Below, in pieces: positions 30,953 through 40,099 of a stretch of 64,000 bases of DNA; within the stretch, counting starts at the first letter, position 1; the number at the start of each line of letters is the position of its first letter. The position numbers and the translations under genes are program-made. The DNA is from a bacterium (GTDB taxonomy: Bacteria > Verrucomicrobiota > Verrucomicrobiia > Limisphaerales > UBA11358), in contig JAKAFL010000002.1 of NCBI GenBank assembly GCA_021817945.1, forward strand, positions 84,929 to 148,928, given 5' to 3'. The notes below the pieces were generated by a model that was not told the DNA's origin, did not search any database, and was given only the letters and a program-made list of their open reading frames with translations.

Positions 30953-31900
30953 TCATACCTTTTCCCTGGATATACTATTGACCTTTTCCTCAATCTGCAT
31001 TTGTATCCTCTGAAGCTCCAATTCAGACACTCGCATACTTTTAAATCCCTTACGCATACGGATCCAATCTAACCACGCTTTTGAATAAATCTTTAAAACT
31101 TCAGTTTTTCCTACCAATAATTCCCCAATAAATATTTTAGCCAGGCTCCAATAGCGCTTCAGGCGGCCACGTTTCATGGGAAGGCTGGACCATTGAAAAA
31201 ACAATGAATGGCGCAAATATAACACATTTGCCTTCGCCAGCGGACTTACTTCCCAGCTAGCGTGTTCACGGTGCCATACAATACTCTCCGGTTCATAAAT
31301 AGTTCGCCATCCCCTGCGCCACGCACGAAAGCATAAATCAACATCCTCGCAGTATGCTGGAAAAAACAATCTTGAAAATCCATTTATTTCCACATACTTG
31401 CTTCGGTCCACCGCCATAAATCCTCCTGATGCAAAAAGTGTATGGCATAAGTCTTGCCTTTTACACTCAAAGTACCAACGAAAAAATCCATGATTATATT
31501 TTAACCGCGATTGCCCGCTTGTTCGCTGCCTTCCTTCCCAATCATAACTTGATGCCGATACGGCAAATACATCACTCCGATCAAAATGACGAAGCAACGG
31601 TTCTAAAAAATGACCATCAAGCCTTAAATCGTTATTGAGAATGACAACTATATCATCTTTTAACTGTGGAAAAAGCCAGTTGTAAGAAAATAGATAGTCG
31701 TTCTTCGGTGCAGTCATGGTTTTAACCTCCGGGAATGCGCCATGGACCCAATCCAAATCCCCTTCCGTGCTGCAATTATCCAACACAAGGACCCAAGTCG
31801 CTATCGGGGAATTCTTGGCTGCGGTAAGTGCAGTTGGCAACAAATGCTCAAGATGCTTTCTGCCGTTGAAATTCAGAATGGCAAGACAGACGGATTTCAT
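30953..31900 (-). CDS. GT2 family glycosyltransferase
   Basis: LAILNFNGRKHLEHLL...VLDNCSTEGD...ILNNDLRLD...GGFMAVDRSKY...EDVDLCFRAWRRGW. Confidence 0.8.
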   Translation of the reverse strand: MKSVCLAILNFNGRKHLEHLLPTALTAAKNSPIATWVLVLDNCSTEGDLDWVHGAFPEVKTMTAPKNDYLFSYNWLFPQLKDDIVVILNNDLRLDGHFLEPLLRHFDRSDVFAVSASSYDWEGRQRTSGQSRLKYNHGFFRWYFECKRQDLCHTLFASGGFMAVDRSKYVEINGFSRLFFPAYCEDVDLCFRAWRRGWRTIYEPESIVWHREHASWEVSPLAKANVLYLRHSLFFQWSSLPMKRGRLKRYWSLAKIFIGELLVGKTEVLKIYSKAWLDWIRMRKGFKSMRVSELELQRIQMQIEEKVNSISREKV

Positions 31901-33084
31901 GATTTGGAATTTGCCACCTTTTCAATCTGCGTGACAAAGATATTTTGAATTCGCTCCGGGTTAAAGAGGGTCTCATTTAATTTCCTAGCTTCCGCCGACA
32001 ACCGGCCCTGCAACTCGCTGTCATTTGCAATTTCACGGCAAACCGCCACAATTTTCCTGGCGTCAGGGGTGTTCACCACCACCGCTCCACCTTCCCGTTG
32101 AACAACTCGGACTGGAGTGCAGTAATCTGGACCCCAGAAAACAATTGGTTTGGCAAAAGCCGTATAATCCAAAAACTTTGTCGTGAAACTGGTCTGCATG
32201 AACAATTTGTGCTCCGGTTCAAAACTCATTATAACCAGCAAAGCGTCCGCTCCTGCAAGCACGCTTGCTGCTTCATGCGGTGGCTTGAAGCCAATGTAGA
32301 TTCCTCGTTCCCGAGCACATTTGAGTAACGCCTCCGGCCAATCCGCATTGGGACCAACCACGATGAGTTCAAGATCGGAGCAAGAAATTATTTCATTGAT
32401 CAACGAGCATAACGCCCGTCCGTAAAATTGTTCGACAGAACCCACATAAACAAGACGAAATTTGCCATTCTTTTCAGGAAATATTCCAGACGGAGGCTTG
32501 TGGCTCCCCGGCATCGGGTAAATCACATGGCTATTTGAATGGGGTCCCAAAACCTCCTGCATCCCATCACTTGTGCAAAATGCCAAATCACATTTTCTGT
32601 AAAATTGCCTAAAACGTTTATTTAAAATGGATTGCGTCCACAAATGACCATAATGGCCCTTCATTACCGGAAACCAGTCTAGAAACAGGCCCGCCAATGG
32701 AACTCCATACTTTCGCGCAGCTTTGGCTGCAAAACAACAAAGGCTGGTGTCAGCAACCGCCAAAATAACCTGTGGCTTGAATTCGAAGATCGCCCTTTCA
32801 AATTTCAATGGATTTTTCCAGACCCAAATTAAATTCTGGTAATCTAGAATCCATTTTATAAGTGCGGGGCCAAACCGACTTTTTTTAACTTTTTGAGGTA
32901 ACCAAGGAAGTTTCAACTTTATGCCTGGAGGACTTCCATGATAAAAATCCGCGTGGGTTGCTATCAATACATCGAACGGCTTTCGATCATAAAGGTGCCG
33001 GTATAGAACCACCCTCACACCCATGTCATTCTGGGGCGGGTCGACACTAAGAAGAAGCACCCGCAATTCCCTTTTAACATTCAT
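31897..33084 (-). CDS. GT-B glycosyltransferase, paralog of 11416-12615
   Basis: Collinear similarity along the full length to ORF 11416-12615. ATGA overlap with the downstream GT2. Confidence 0.65.
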   Translation of the reverse strand: MNVKRELRVLLLSVDPPQNDMGVRVVLYRHLYDRKPFDVLIATHADFYHGSPPGIKLKLPWLPQKVKKSRFGPALIKWILDYQNLIWVWKNPLKFERAIFEFKPQVILAVADTSLCCFAAKAARKYGVPLAGLFLDWFPVMKGHYGHLWTQSILNKRFRQFYRKCDLAFCTSDGMQEVLGPHSNSHVIYPMPGSHKPPSGIFPEKNGKFRLVYVGSVEQFYGRALCSLINEIISCSDLELIVVGPNADWPEALLKCARERGIYIGFKPPHEAASVLAGADALLVIMSFEPEHKLFMQTSFTTKFLDYTAFAKPIVFWGPDYCTPVRVVQREGGAVVVNTPDARKIVAVCREIANDSELQGRLSAEARKLNETLFNPERIQNIFVTQIEKVANSKS

Positions 33085-33126
33085 ATTATATTTTCCACCA
33101 GATCTTCTAAATATTCTTTAGGTATT

Positions 33127-33360
33127 TCCTATTTTATTGTTTTCTACCAATGTCGTTAGTCCAGAACCAAACCTTGATTTTCGGGAACGGTACCGGAAAT
33201 ACGGCAAACGCAATAATCTTTTGATGAAAAAGTTGGCATCTAGCCCCGCGATGCCTTCAAAATGCATTTCAAATGGGTCTTTTTCAACCAGATGCCTATA
33301 CTAAATAAAGCCTACCTCATTGCGCTTGAATGGGCCACAATTCTGACCAGCATAAGTCGG
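33127..33360 (-). pseudogene. N-terminal stub of a further paralog of the 11416/31897 GT family
   Basis: Minus-strand reading gives PFKRNEVGFI*YRHLVEKDPFEMHF...LRLPYFRYRSRKSRFGSGL, aligning with PPRNDNGVRIVMHRHLVERHPFELHV...LRLPYLLHRLRKSRFGPRL. It has an in-frame TAG and ends about 40 nt before the start of the intact paralog. Confidence 0.6.
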
Positions 33361-33393
33361 TTTTGGTTTTTTTCTGAAATAAATTACAGCCGG

Positions 33394-34590
33394 TCATGAT
33401 TTAATCATTGACTTAATCATGTTTTTAAAATTGAACCATTTTAAAAATAACTTCCCCTCGTTTGTTAATTTATGAGTACCACAAAAATGAAGAAACCCCA
33501 GACGATCATTTTTAGTGTTCAGAGAATAATTAAACAAGTCTTGAAATCGTTTTTGGTAGGATTTAAATCCTTTATAGAAATACTCCCGGTTTTCATCTGA
33601 GAAATCATACTCCCAAGCACTATGAGACCAACCGACTTCTTTTTCTTGGACTTCCAACAAAAGCTGAGCATGAGCTTTTGCCAAAATATTTTCTTTGGTA
33701 AGGTCGGGGTAGGATTGAATTAAACAATCCATGTACCTTTCGAAAGGCACTCGGTGATAAAAAACTAGATGAGTAGAACGCGCCGAAAGGTTGCCATCGC
33801 TCCCGCTGTATGTAAGCGATCGCAATCCAACACCAAAATCAATTGCAATGATTTGCAGCTCCTCCGCTATTTCGCTGCAAAGAATTTTTGCTCCTCCGCC
33901 CAATGACAAGAACAGGACATCAATTTCATTTTCCCGGATCAACTGGATAATATCAGTTTTTATTAAATCCAAATTTGCGGACAGGTTTTTTCCATTCTCC
34001 CGTGGTCGCAAAAACCAGACTGCGCTCTCCGAAAAGAGTGTTTCGGCAGGGGTGTTTCGAAATGCGTTTGTCTTTATCAAGTTCTCAAGCAAAGGCGCCT
34101 CGGCTCCGCAAAATAGAATCCGTTTCCCGCGACAAAAATCCCTGAATTCAAATTCCAGCCATGTTGGCAGAATAAATGAGGTTTCCCTGTTTGGATTTCT
34201 GAATCCGCCAGGCATTCGTTTGATTTGGGCTCGATCCAGAACGCTGGAGTCTTTCCATTGACGGTCATAAAAATCCAAATATGAAATTCGCTCCAAAGAG
34301 TTTCGCAACCTGAAAGCTTGATTATGCGACAAGCCAGGAGACGCAAACGCAGCGGTTCCCGAGATTTTTTCACTCGCTTTGTTATAAATAGATGCAGCTT
34401 GGACCGGATTTATCAAGAAACCAACATCGTAGTCACCTAACCTGCCAAATGAAAACATTTTTCCCTTGTGAAATAGGTTTGTTAGACGCTGCGCTTCGGC
34501 CAATCTCCCGGTCGCCATGGGATCAGGCCTGCTTCCAAAATGCAGACGTTGTTCACTTATATAATCCGTTATGTTTGAGGAATCCGGCAT
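33394..34590 (-). CDS. Hypothetical protein, possibly GT-D (DUF1792-like) glycosyltransferase
   Basis: 398-aa AT-rich ORF. FSFGRLGDYDVGF and DVLFLSLGGGAKILCSEIAEELQIIAIDFGVG loosely recall GT-D motifs. Family assignment is weak. Confidence 0.5.
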   Translation of the reverse strand: MPDSSNITDYISEQRLHFGSRPDPMATGRLAEAQRLTNLFHKGKMFSFGRLGDYDVGFLINPVQAASIYNKASEKISGTAAFASPGLSHNQAFRLRNSLERISYLDFYDRQWKDSSVLDRAQIKRMPGGFRNPNRETSFILPTWLEFEFRDFCRGKRILFCGAEAPLLENLIKTNAFRNTPAETLFSESAVWFLRPRENGKNLSANLDLIKTDIIQLIRENEIDVLFLSLGGGAKILCSEIAEELQIIAIDFGVGLRSLTYSGSDGNLSARSTHLVFYHRVPFERYMDCLIQSYPDLTKENILAKAHAQLLLEVQEKEVGWSHSAWEYDFSDENREYFYKGFKSYQKRFQDLFNYSLNTKNDRLGFLHFCGTHKLTNEGKLFLKWFNFKNMIKSMIKS

Positions 34591-34591
34591 A

Positions 34592-35278
34592 TTAAATCGG
34601 AATTAAACTGAATAAGCATTTTGAATCATACATTTGATTCCCGAATCCAAAATCACAAGCCACCCAAGAGAACTCGTCGTCACCATCAGAATTTAAATTT
34701 GCCCCCTTCCGATCCAACCGGTTTCCTATTTTTCATCCTCTAAAGGCATTTTCGTAGGCATCTGCAACTTGTTTTCGAACAACCAACCCTGCGCCGCATT
34801 GGATGGCGTTATCGCCTGCTATGTTTGACCAAAACGGTTTTTATTTTTCTCTCAAGGCCAGAAAAAAGGTGAACGGTTCTAATTCTTTCTCCCGTTTAAT
34901 TTCAAATTCAAGCTTAATAATCCCTTCTCAGAAAAACCCAATCCGAGGGTTTTCCTGAGATGTTTTCGACACTCGTTCTAGATAGTCAGCTTTTAATATA
35001 TTGTCGTCATCAACAAAAACAAGGAGTTCAGATTTTGATTCTTTTATTCCTCGGAGCCGGGCTGCTGTTAGGCCAAGTTCTCCTTCCCGCACATGGCGTG
35101 AATTGGGATGCCAGCTTAAATCGAAGATTTTTGATAAAATCTCGTCTGAGGCGTTATCAACCAGTAGAAGCTTCCACTCCTCCTTCGGGAAGGTCTGGGC
35201 CTTTAAACCCAAGATTGTCCGGTTCAAGTAATCTTTTCGCGGGTTATGAGAGCAGATTATTACTGATTTTAATTTCAT
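34592..35278 (-). pseudogene. GT2 glycosyltransferase pseudogene (three in-frame stops, 3' truncated)
   Basis: The N-terminal 116 codons are an intact GT2 domain (VIICSHNPRKDYL...LLLVDNASDE...FVDDDN). The same frame continues with GT2-like GAGLVVRKQVADAY and LDRKGANLNSDGDDEF through stops at 34928-30 (TGA), 34841-43 (TAA) and 34733-35 (TGA). Confidence 0.7.
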
Positions 35279-35288
35279 TTATCGCTTT

Positions 35289-37031
35289 TCATTTCACGCT
35301 GCCTGCCTCCAGTTGAATAATGCGGTCGCATCGTTCCAGCGTGGACAGGCGGTGGGCGATGATGATCATGGTCAGCGAGCCTTGCAGCCGGTATAAGGTT
35401 TCCATCACCGCTTTTTCCGTCTGGTTGTCCAGAGCGCTGGTGGCCTCGTCCAAGATCAGAATTTGCGGCTTATGATACAAAGCACGGGCCAGCCCGATGC
35501 GCTGGCGTTGCCCGCCGGAAAGGCGCACGCCCCGCTCCCCCACCACAGTGTTCATGCCATTCGGCAATTCCTTCTCAATAAAATCCAGAATTTGTGCCCC
35601 CAACGCAGCTTGCCGCAGCCATTCAGGATTGATTTCCTCTGATTTTTCGCCAAAGGCGATATTGGCGGCGATGGTGTCGTCCAAAAGATAAATATCCTGG
35701 GCCACATACCCAATGATGCTCCGCCACGAATCCATGAGGTTTTGATCCAAGACCTTTCCATCCACGCGCAGGCAACCTGATTGCGGTTGATGAAGGCCCA
35801 GTATGAGGTCCACGAGCGTTGATTTACCCGAACCGGAAGCGCCAGCGATGCCCACGGATTCATTGCGAGCGATCTTGATCGAAACATTCTTAAGCACCGG
35901 TTGTGCGGCTGAAGGGTATTGAAAGCTGACATCCTCAAGGCTCAACTCTTTTTCCAAGGTCAAGCCAACAGTTGACTTTGTCGTTGATGATTCCGGCCTG
36001 CTTTTGTTTATGGCCAATACTTCTTCCTCAAGCTGGCGCAGGGTGTAATGGCCGGCGGCGACGCTGACGAACTGTGCATAAAGCAACTGCAAGGCGGGCA
36101 GCAGCCGGTAACCGGCAAAAGCCATCACGGTGAGATTGGGCAATATCTGGGTGAAAGAACCGCCTCGCAAGGCAAGAACAATCACAATAGCCATAAGGCT
36201 GCCAAAGGCCAGCGGCTCGATCAGGTAACGAGGGCCGTTGCTGTAAATCGGAATCCGGGCTGAATAGACGCCTATGCGCTCAGAATGTTCCAAAGCCCTA
36301 GTCATGAAATAGGGACTTTTTCCGGTGACCAAGACGGTTTTGATGCCATTCAGAAAGTGATTAGTATGTTTCCAAAATCCGACGTAGTGTTGCTGAAGGC
36401 CGTTGCTCAAAGAGCGCAATCGCGGACGCAGAGCCACGAACACCAGCAGGTAGAAGCCGCCAAAAAAAATTGAGGCCCCCAAGGCCACCCAGGGCTGGAC
36501 AAAGAAAATGGCACCCACAAGCAGGATGATCAGAACCAGCCGGGTGAGAATTTCGCCGACCGGCAAAAGAACATTTTGAATGAAAGTTTGCGCATCAGAT
36601 AATCTCAGGTTCAACTCGGCGGAATTGCGCTGAAGGAAGAATTCATAAGGCCTGCTGGCGTAGTGTTGAAACAACCGTCCTCTCAGCCAGTGACAAAAGC
36701 CAAAGGCGTATCGAATCCGGAGGACTTCGCTGACAATGCTTCCGGCGTTTGACAGCACCAGCATGAGGATGGCAAAAACTCCTGCCACGACCAGCAACTG
36801 GTTGTCGGTCAGGGGCGGCAGGTGTTTTAGAAAGATGCCGCCGAGGTGGGAGGATTTCAGCCGGTGCGGATCCGCTGCCAACGCGAAAAAGGGGAACACG
36901 GCGCTGACGCCCACCAATTGCAAGACGCCGTTCAGCAGGATCAGTGCGAGGACGCCGAACATTTTCAACCGGCCATACGGGCGGGCCAGCCGGTAGCACC
37001 GGGCCAACAAACGAAAAAAAGTACGAATCAT
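35289..37031 (-). CDS. ABC exporter, fused TMD-NBD half-transporter (MsbA/PglK-type)
   Basis: Six N-terminal helices, Walker A GASGSGKST, signature LSGGQRQRIGLARAL and Walker B ILILDEATSALD. Confidence 0.9.
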   Translation of the reverse strand: MIRTFFRLLARCYRLARPYGRLKMFGVLALILLNGVLQLVGVSAVFPFFALAADPHRLKSSHLGGIFLKHLPPLTDNQLLVVAGVFAILMLVLSNAGSIVSEVLRIRYAFGFCHWLRGRLFQHYASRPYEFFLQRNSAELNLRLSDAQTFIQNVLLPVGEILTRLVLIILLVGAIFFVQPWVALGASIFFGGFYLLVFVALRPRLRSLSNGLQQHYVGFWKHTNHFLNGIKTVLVTGKSPYFMTRALEHSERIGVYSARIPIYSNGPRYLIEPLAFGSLMAIVIVLALRGGSFTQILPNLTVMAFAGYRLLPALQLLYAQFVSVAAGHYTLRQLEEEVLAINKSRPESSTTKSTVGLTLEKELSLEDVSFQYPSAAQPVLKNVSIKIARNESVGIAGASGSGKSTLVDLILGLHQPQSGCLRVDGKVLDQNLMDSWRSIIGYVAQDIYLLDDTIAANIAFGEKSEEINPEWLRQAALGAQILDFIEKELPNGMNTVVGERGVRLSGGQRQRIGLARALYHKPQILILDEATSALDNQTEKAVMETLYRLQGSLTMIIIAHRLSTLERCDRIIQLEAGSVK

Positions 37032-37057
37032 GAAAATTTATACCCAACCAGCAATTT

Positions 37058-37505
37058 AACCGCGAATGGACGCCAATTCACGAGGATGATACTTTATTTT
37101 TGGAGAGAGGGAATAAGACACGCTTGGTTTTTTAGCGGTCTTGAAAGGGTGGAGCGTCATTGACACTTGGAATGTTTTAAAGCCATATCAAACCCATCGC
37201 TTTTTTCTCCCTCTCCGCCAATTTTATTGGGGGAGAGGGACGGGGAGAGGTGGTGCTGAACGAACGCCGGGTGAGGGCACCCGGCCTACAAGGCGGCAGG
37301 TTTCCGCTCTGACTGTTTGCGAGCGCCCCTCTCCCTGGCCCTCTCCCCGCGCTTCGCTGGCAGGGAGAGGGAATAAGAGGCTATGGGTTTGCCATGGCAT
37401 CTACAAATATTCCGCTCCTACGGAGCTCCCAATTGGAGTGACGAGGAGACCAGAGGCGCTGGGTTGTTTAAGGCGTTTGAAAGGGTTGAGGGTTATGGGC
37501 GTGCC
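37058..37505 (+). repeat. Mosaic hairpin-repeat array 3
   Basis: Edge motif AACCGCGAATGGACGCC (37058-37074), H1 at 37211, P hairpin at 37267-37284, H3 and T modules. Confidence 0.9.
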
Positions 37506-37516
37506 CGCGCATTGGG

Positions 37517-38572
37517 TCAGGATTTGGCGCCGGATTTTTGGGCCTGATAAATTTCTGAGAACACGTCGTCAATGGACTTGGTGATGTCCCAGCCGGGGTA
37601 GTGCTGCTTCATCTTGGTCAGGTCGCTGATGTAGCAGATGTGGTCGCCGGCGCGGTTTTGGTCCACGTATTCGTACTGCATCTTTTTCCCGCTCAGGGCG
37701 GCAATGCGGTCGAAGGCTTCCAGGATGGAGACGCTGTTGGCGCGTCCGCCGCCGATGTTGTACACCTCCCCGCAGCGGGGATTTTCTGAAAAGGCGTGGA
37801 TGAACCGGGCGACGTCCAGGGAGTGGATGTTGTCGCGGACTTGCTTGCCTTTGTAGCCAAAGATTTTGTAGAGGCGGCCTTCCACATTGCATTTGACGAG
37901 GTAGCTGAGGAAGCCGTGAAGTTCCACGCCGCTGTGGTTGGGGCCGGTCAGGCAACCGCCGCGCAGGCAGCAGGTGTGCATGCCAAAGTAGCGGCCGTAT
38001 TCCTGGACGAGGATGTCGCCGGCGACCTTGGACGCGCCAAAGAGGCTGTGCTTGCTCTGGTCTATGGAGAAATCCTCGGCAATGCCGCCGGCATAGGCGG
38101 GATCGTCATAATCCCAGCGGGTGGGCAGTTCCTTGAGGCGGATGCCATTGGGCCGGTCGCCATAGACCTTGTTGGTGCTCATGTGGGCGAACACGACCTT
38201 GGGGACGTGCAGGCGCGAGGCTTCGAGAAGGTTCAGGGTGCCGACGGCGTTGACATCGAAATCGTCGAAGGGCCGTGAGGCGGCGAGGTCGTGGCTGGGT
38301 TGGGCGGCGGTGTGGACGAGGAGGTCGGGTTTGAGCTGGCCCAGCAATGCGGCCACGCCGGCGCGGTCGCGGATGTCCAGTTCATGGTGCTGGAATGTGG
38401 CGTGCATGGAGGCAAGCCGGCGCTGGTTCCAGCGGGTATCGCCGCCGGGGCCGAAGAAATCGGCCCGCATGTTGTTGTCCACGCCGTGGACTTTCCAGCC
38501 GAGGCGGCAGAAATAATCCACCACTTCGGATCCAATCAATCCTGACGAGCCGGTTACCAGCAGTTTTTTCAT
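37517..38572 (-). CDS. Extended SDR NAD-dependent epimerase/dehydratase (CDP-paratose 2-epimerase-like)
   Basis: [10 protein letters not shown] Rossmann motif, [17 protein letters not shown] (YxxxK region), GKQVRDNIH and [14 protein letters not shown]. Confidence 0.8.
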   Translation of the reverse strand: MKKLLVTGSSGLIGSEVVDYFCRLGWKVHGVDNNMRADFFGPGGDTRWNQRRLASMHATFQHHELDIRDRAGVAALLGQLKPDLLVHTAAQPSHDLAASRPFDDFDVNAVGTLNLLEASRLHVPKVVFAHMSTNKVYGDRPNGIRLKELPTRWDYDDPAYAGGIAEDFSIDQSKHSLFGASKVAGDILVQEYGRYFGMHTCCLRGGCLTGPNHSGVELHGFLSYLVKCNVEGRLYKIFGYKGKQVRDNIHSLDVARFIHAFSENPRCGEVYNIGGGRANSVSILEAFDRIAALSGKKMQYEYVDQNRAGDHICYISDLTKMKQHYPGWDITKSIDDVFSEIYQAQKSGAKS

Positions 38573-38654
38573 AAGATTTTATTTTTTAGAGACTGATTTA
38601 AAATTCGGAGTAGCGCCCCTCCCAATTTTAAAACAGTCTCTTAGACGGGTAGTT

Positions 38655-39191
38655 CAACCGCGAATGGAGCCTCGTTTACGGGGCGGGGAGACCGGAGGCG
38701 CCGGGCAATTTTGTTTGTTCAATTATCGCACTGACTGTTTGCGAGCGCCCCTCTCCCTGGCCCTCTCCCCACACTCCGTTCGTGGGGCGAGGGAATAAGA
38801 GGCTCTGGGTTGTTTTATGCGCTTGAAAGGGTGGAATGTCTGTGGCGCATGTAGTAGTTAAAGGCCAAATTGAACCTACCGCTTTTTTCTCCCTCTCCGC
38901 CAATTTTATTGGGGGAGAGGGCCGGGGAGAGGTGGTGCTGAGCTTTCAGAAAGTGAGATTGTTTATTTTTCGCATTGACTGTTTGCGATCTCCCCTCTCC
39001 TTAATCCTCTCCCCACACTTCGTTTGCGGGGAGAGGGAATAAGAGGCGCTGGGTTGTTTTATGCGCTTGAAAAGGTTGAGCATCATTGGCGCTTGAAATG
39101 TTTTAAAACCGTCACAAACCCATCGTCTCTTTCTCCCTCTCCGCCAATTTCATTGGAGGAGAGGGACGGGGAGAGGTGGTGCTGAGCTTTC
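38655..39191 (+). repeat. Mosaic hairpin-repeat array 4
   Basis: Edge motif CAACCGCGAATGGAGCC (38655-38672). H1 copies at 38893 and 39136 (period 243). It stops at ...GGTGGTGCTGAGCTTTC, directly before the DUF559 stop codon. Confidence 0.9.
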
Positions 39192-39199
39192 TCCATTTT

Positions 39200-39631
39200 T
39201 TAAGCCGTTTTCGTTCGGATGAGTTTCTCAGGATCTGGAGGCAAAAAGCGGTGATTCTGAGTTTTTCGCACCACTTTTACATATCCCGTTCGCTCATTCA
39301 ACTGACCCCAAATTTCCAACAAAACCCCCTCGCGCTGGCTTCGCCATTGCCGATTCCAAAAACGCATCACAACAATTCCATGATCGGCCAAATTTTTGTC
39401 TCGTTCCGTGTCGTGCTCCAACTGCATTGGCAATCCATGTTGAAAGCCATCAAGCTCCACTGCCAACCGGGCCAGGGGACAATAAAAATCGAGAACATAA
39501 TTCCCACATGAATATTGTCGCCGAAATTTGAACCCAGCAAAGCGCCCCGCACGCAAGACTCGCCACAATGATTTCTCATCATCCGTCATCGAGCGGCGAA
39601 GACGTCTGGCATTCCCTTTGACCAGCGTCAT
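39200..39631 (-). CDS. DUF559 (Vsr/restriction-endonuclease-like) domain protein
   Basis: LWRVLRAGRFAGFKFRRQYSCGNYVLDFYCPLARLAVELDGFQH...DTERDKNLADHGIVVMRFWN, the canonical DUF559 pattern. Confidence 0.85.
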   Translation of the reverse strand: MTLVKGNARRLRRSMTDDEKSLWRVLRAGRFAGFKFRRQYSCGNYVLDFYCPLARLAVELDGFQHGLPMQLEHDTERDKNLADHGIVVMRFWNRQWRSQREGVLLEIWGQLNERTGYVKVVRKTQNHRFLPPDPEKLIRTKTA

Positions 39632-39676
39632 AAATCCGTGAGTACAACACCTTGATATTGCATAAAGGCTGGATTA

Positions 39677-40097
39677 TCTCCCCTCTCCTTAATCCTCTCC
39701 CCACACTCCGTTCGTGGGGCGAGGAGACCGGGGCGCTAAGGTTTCGAAAAGTGAGATTGTTTATTTGTCGCACTGACTGTTTGCGAGCGCCCCTCTCCCT
39801 GGCCCTCTCCCCGCGCTTCGCTGGCAGGGAGAGGGAATAAGAGGCGCTGGGTTTTTTAAGGCTCTTGAATGGGTCGAGCGTCATTGACGTGCCAAAATAG
39901 ATTAAAACCGTCTCCAACCCACCGTCTCTTTCTCCCTCTCCGCCAATTTCATTGGGGGAGAGGGACGGGGAGAGGTGGTGCTGAACGAGCGCCGGGTGAG
40001 GGCACCCGGCCTACAAGGCGACAGGTTTCCGCTCTGACTGTTTGCGAGTGCCCCTCTCCCTTGGAGAGCCGCTGGGTGGGTTTATGCGTCATTGGTG
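39677..40097 (+). repeat. Mosaic hairpin-repeat array 5
   Basis: Starts with the H2 module TCTCCCCTCTCCTTAATCCTCTCCCC. H1 at 39936 and P hairpin at 39992-40009. It ends 3 nt before the DUF218 gene stop. Confidence 0.9.
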
Positions 40098-40099
40098 CC

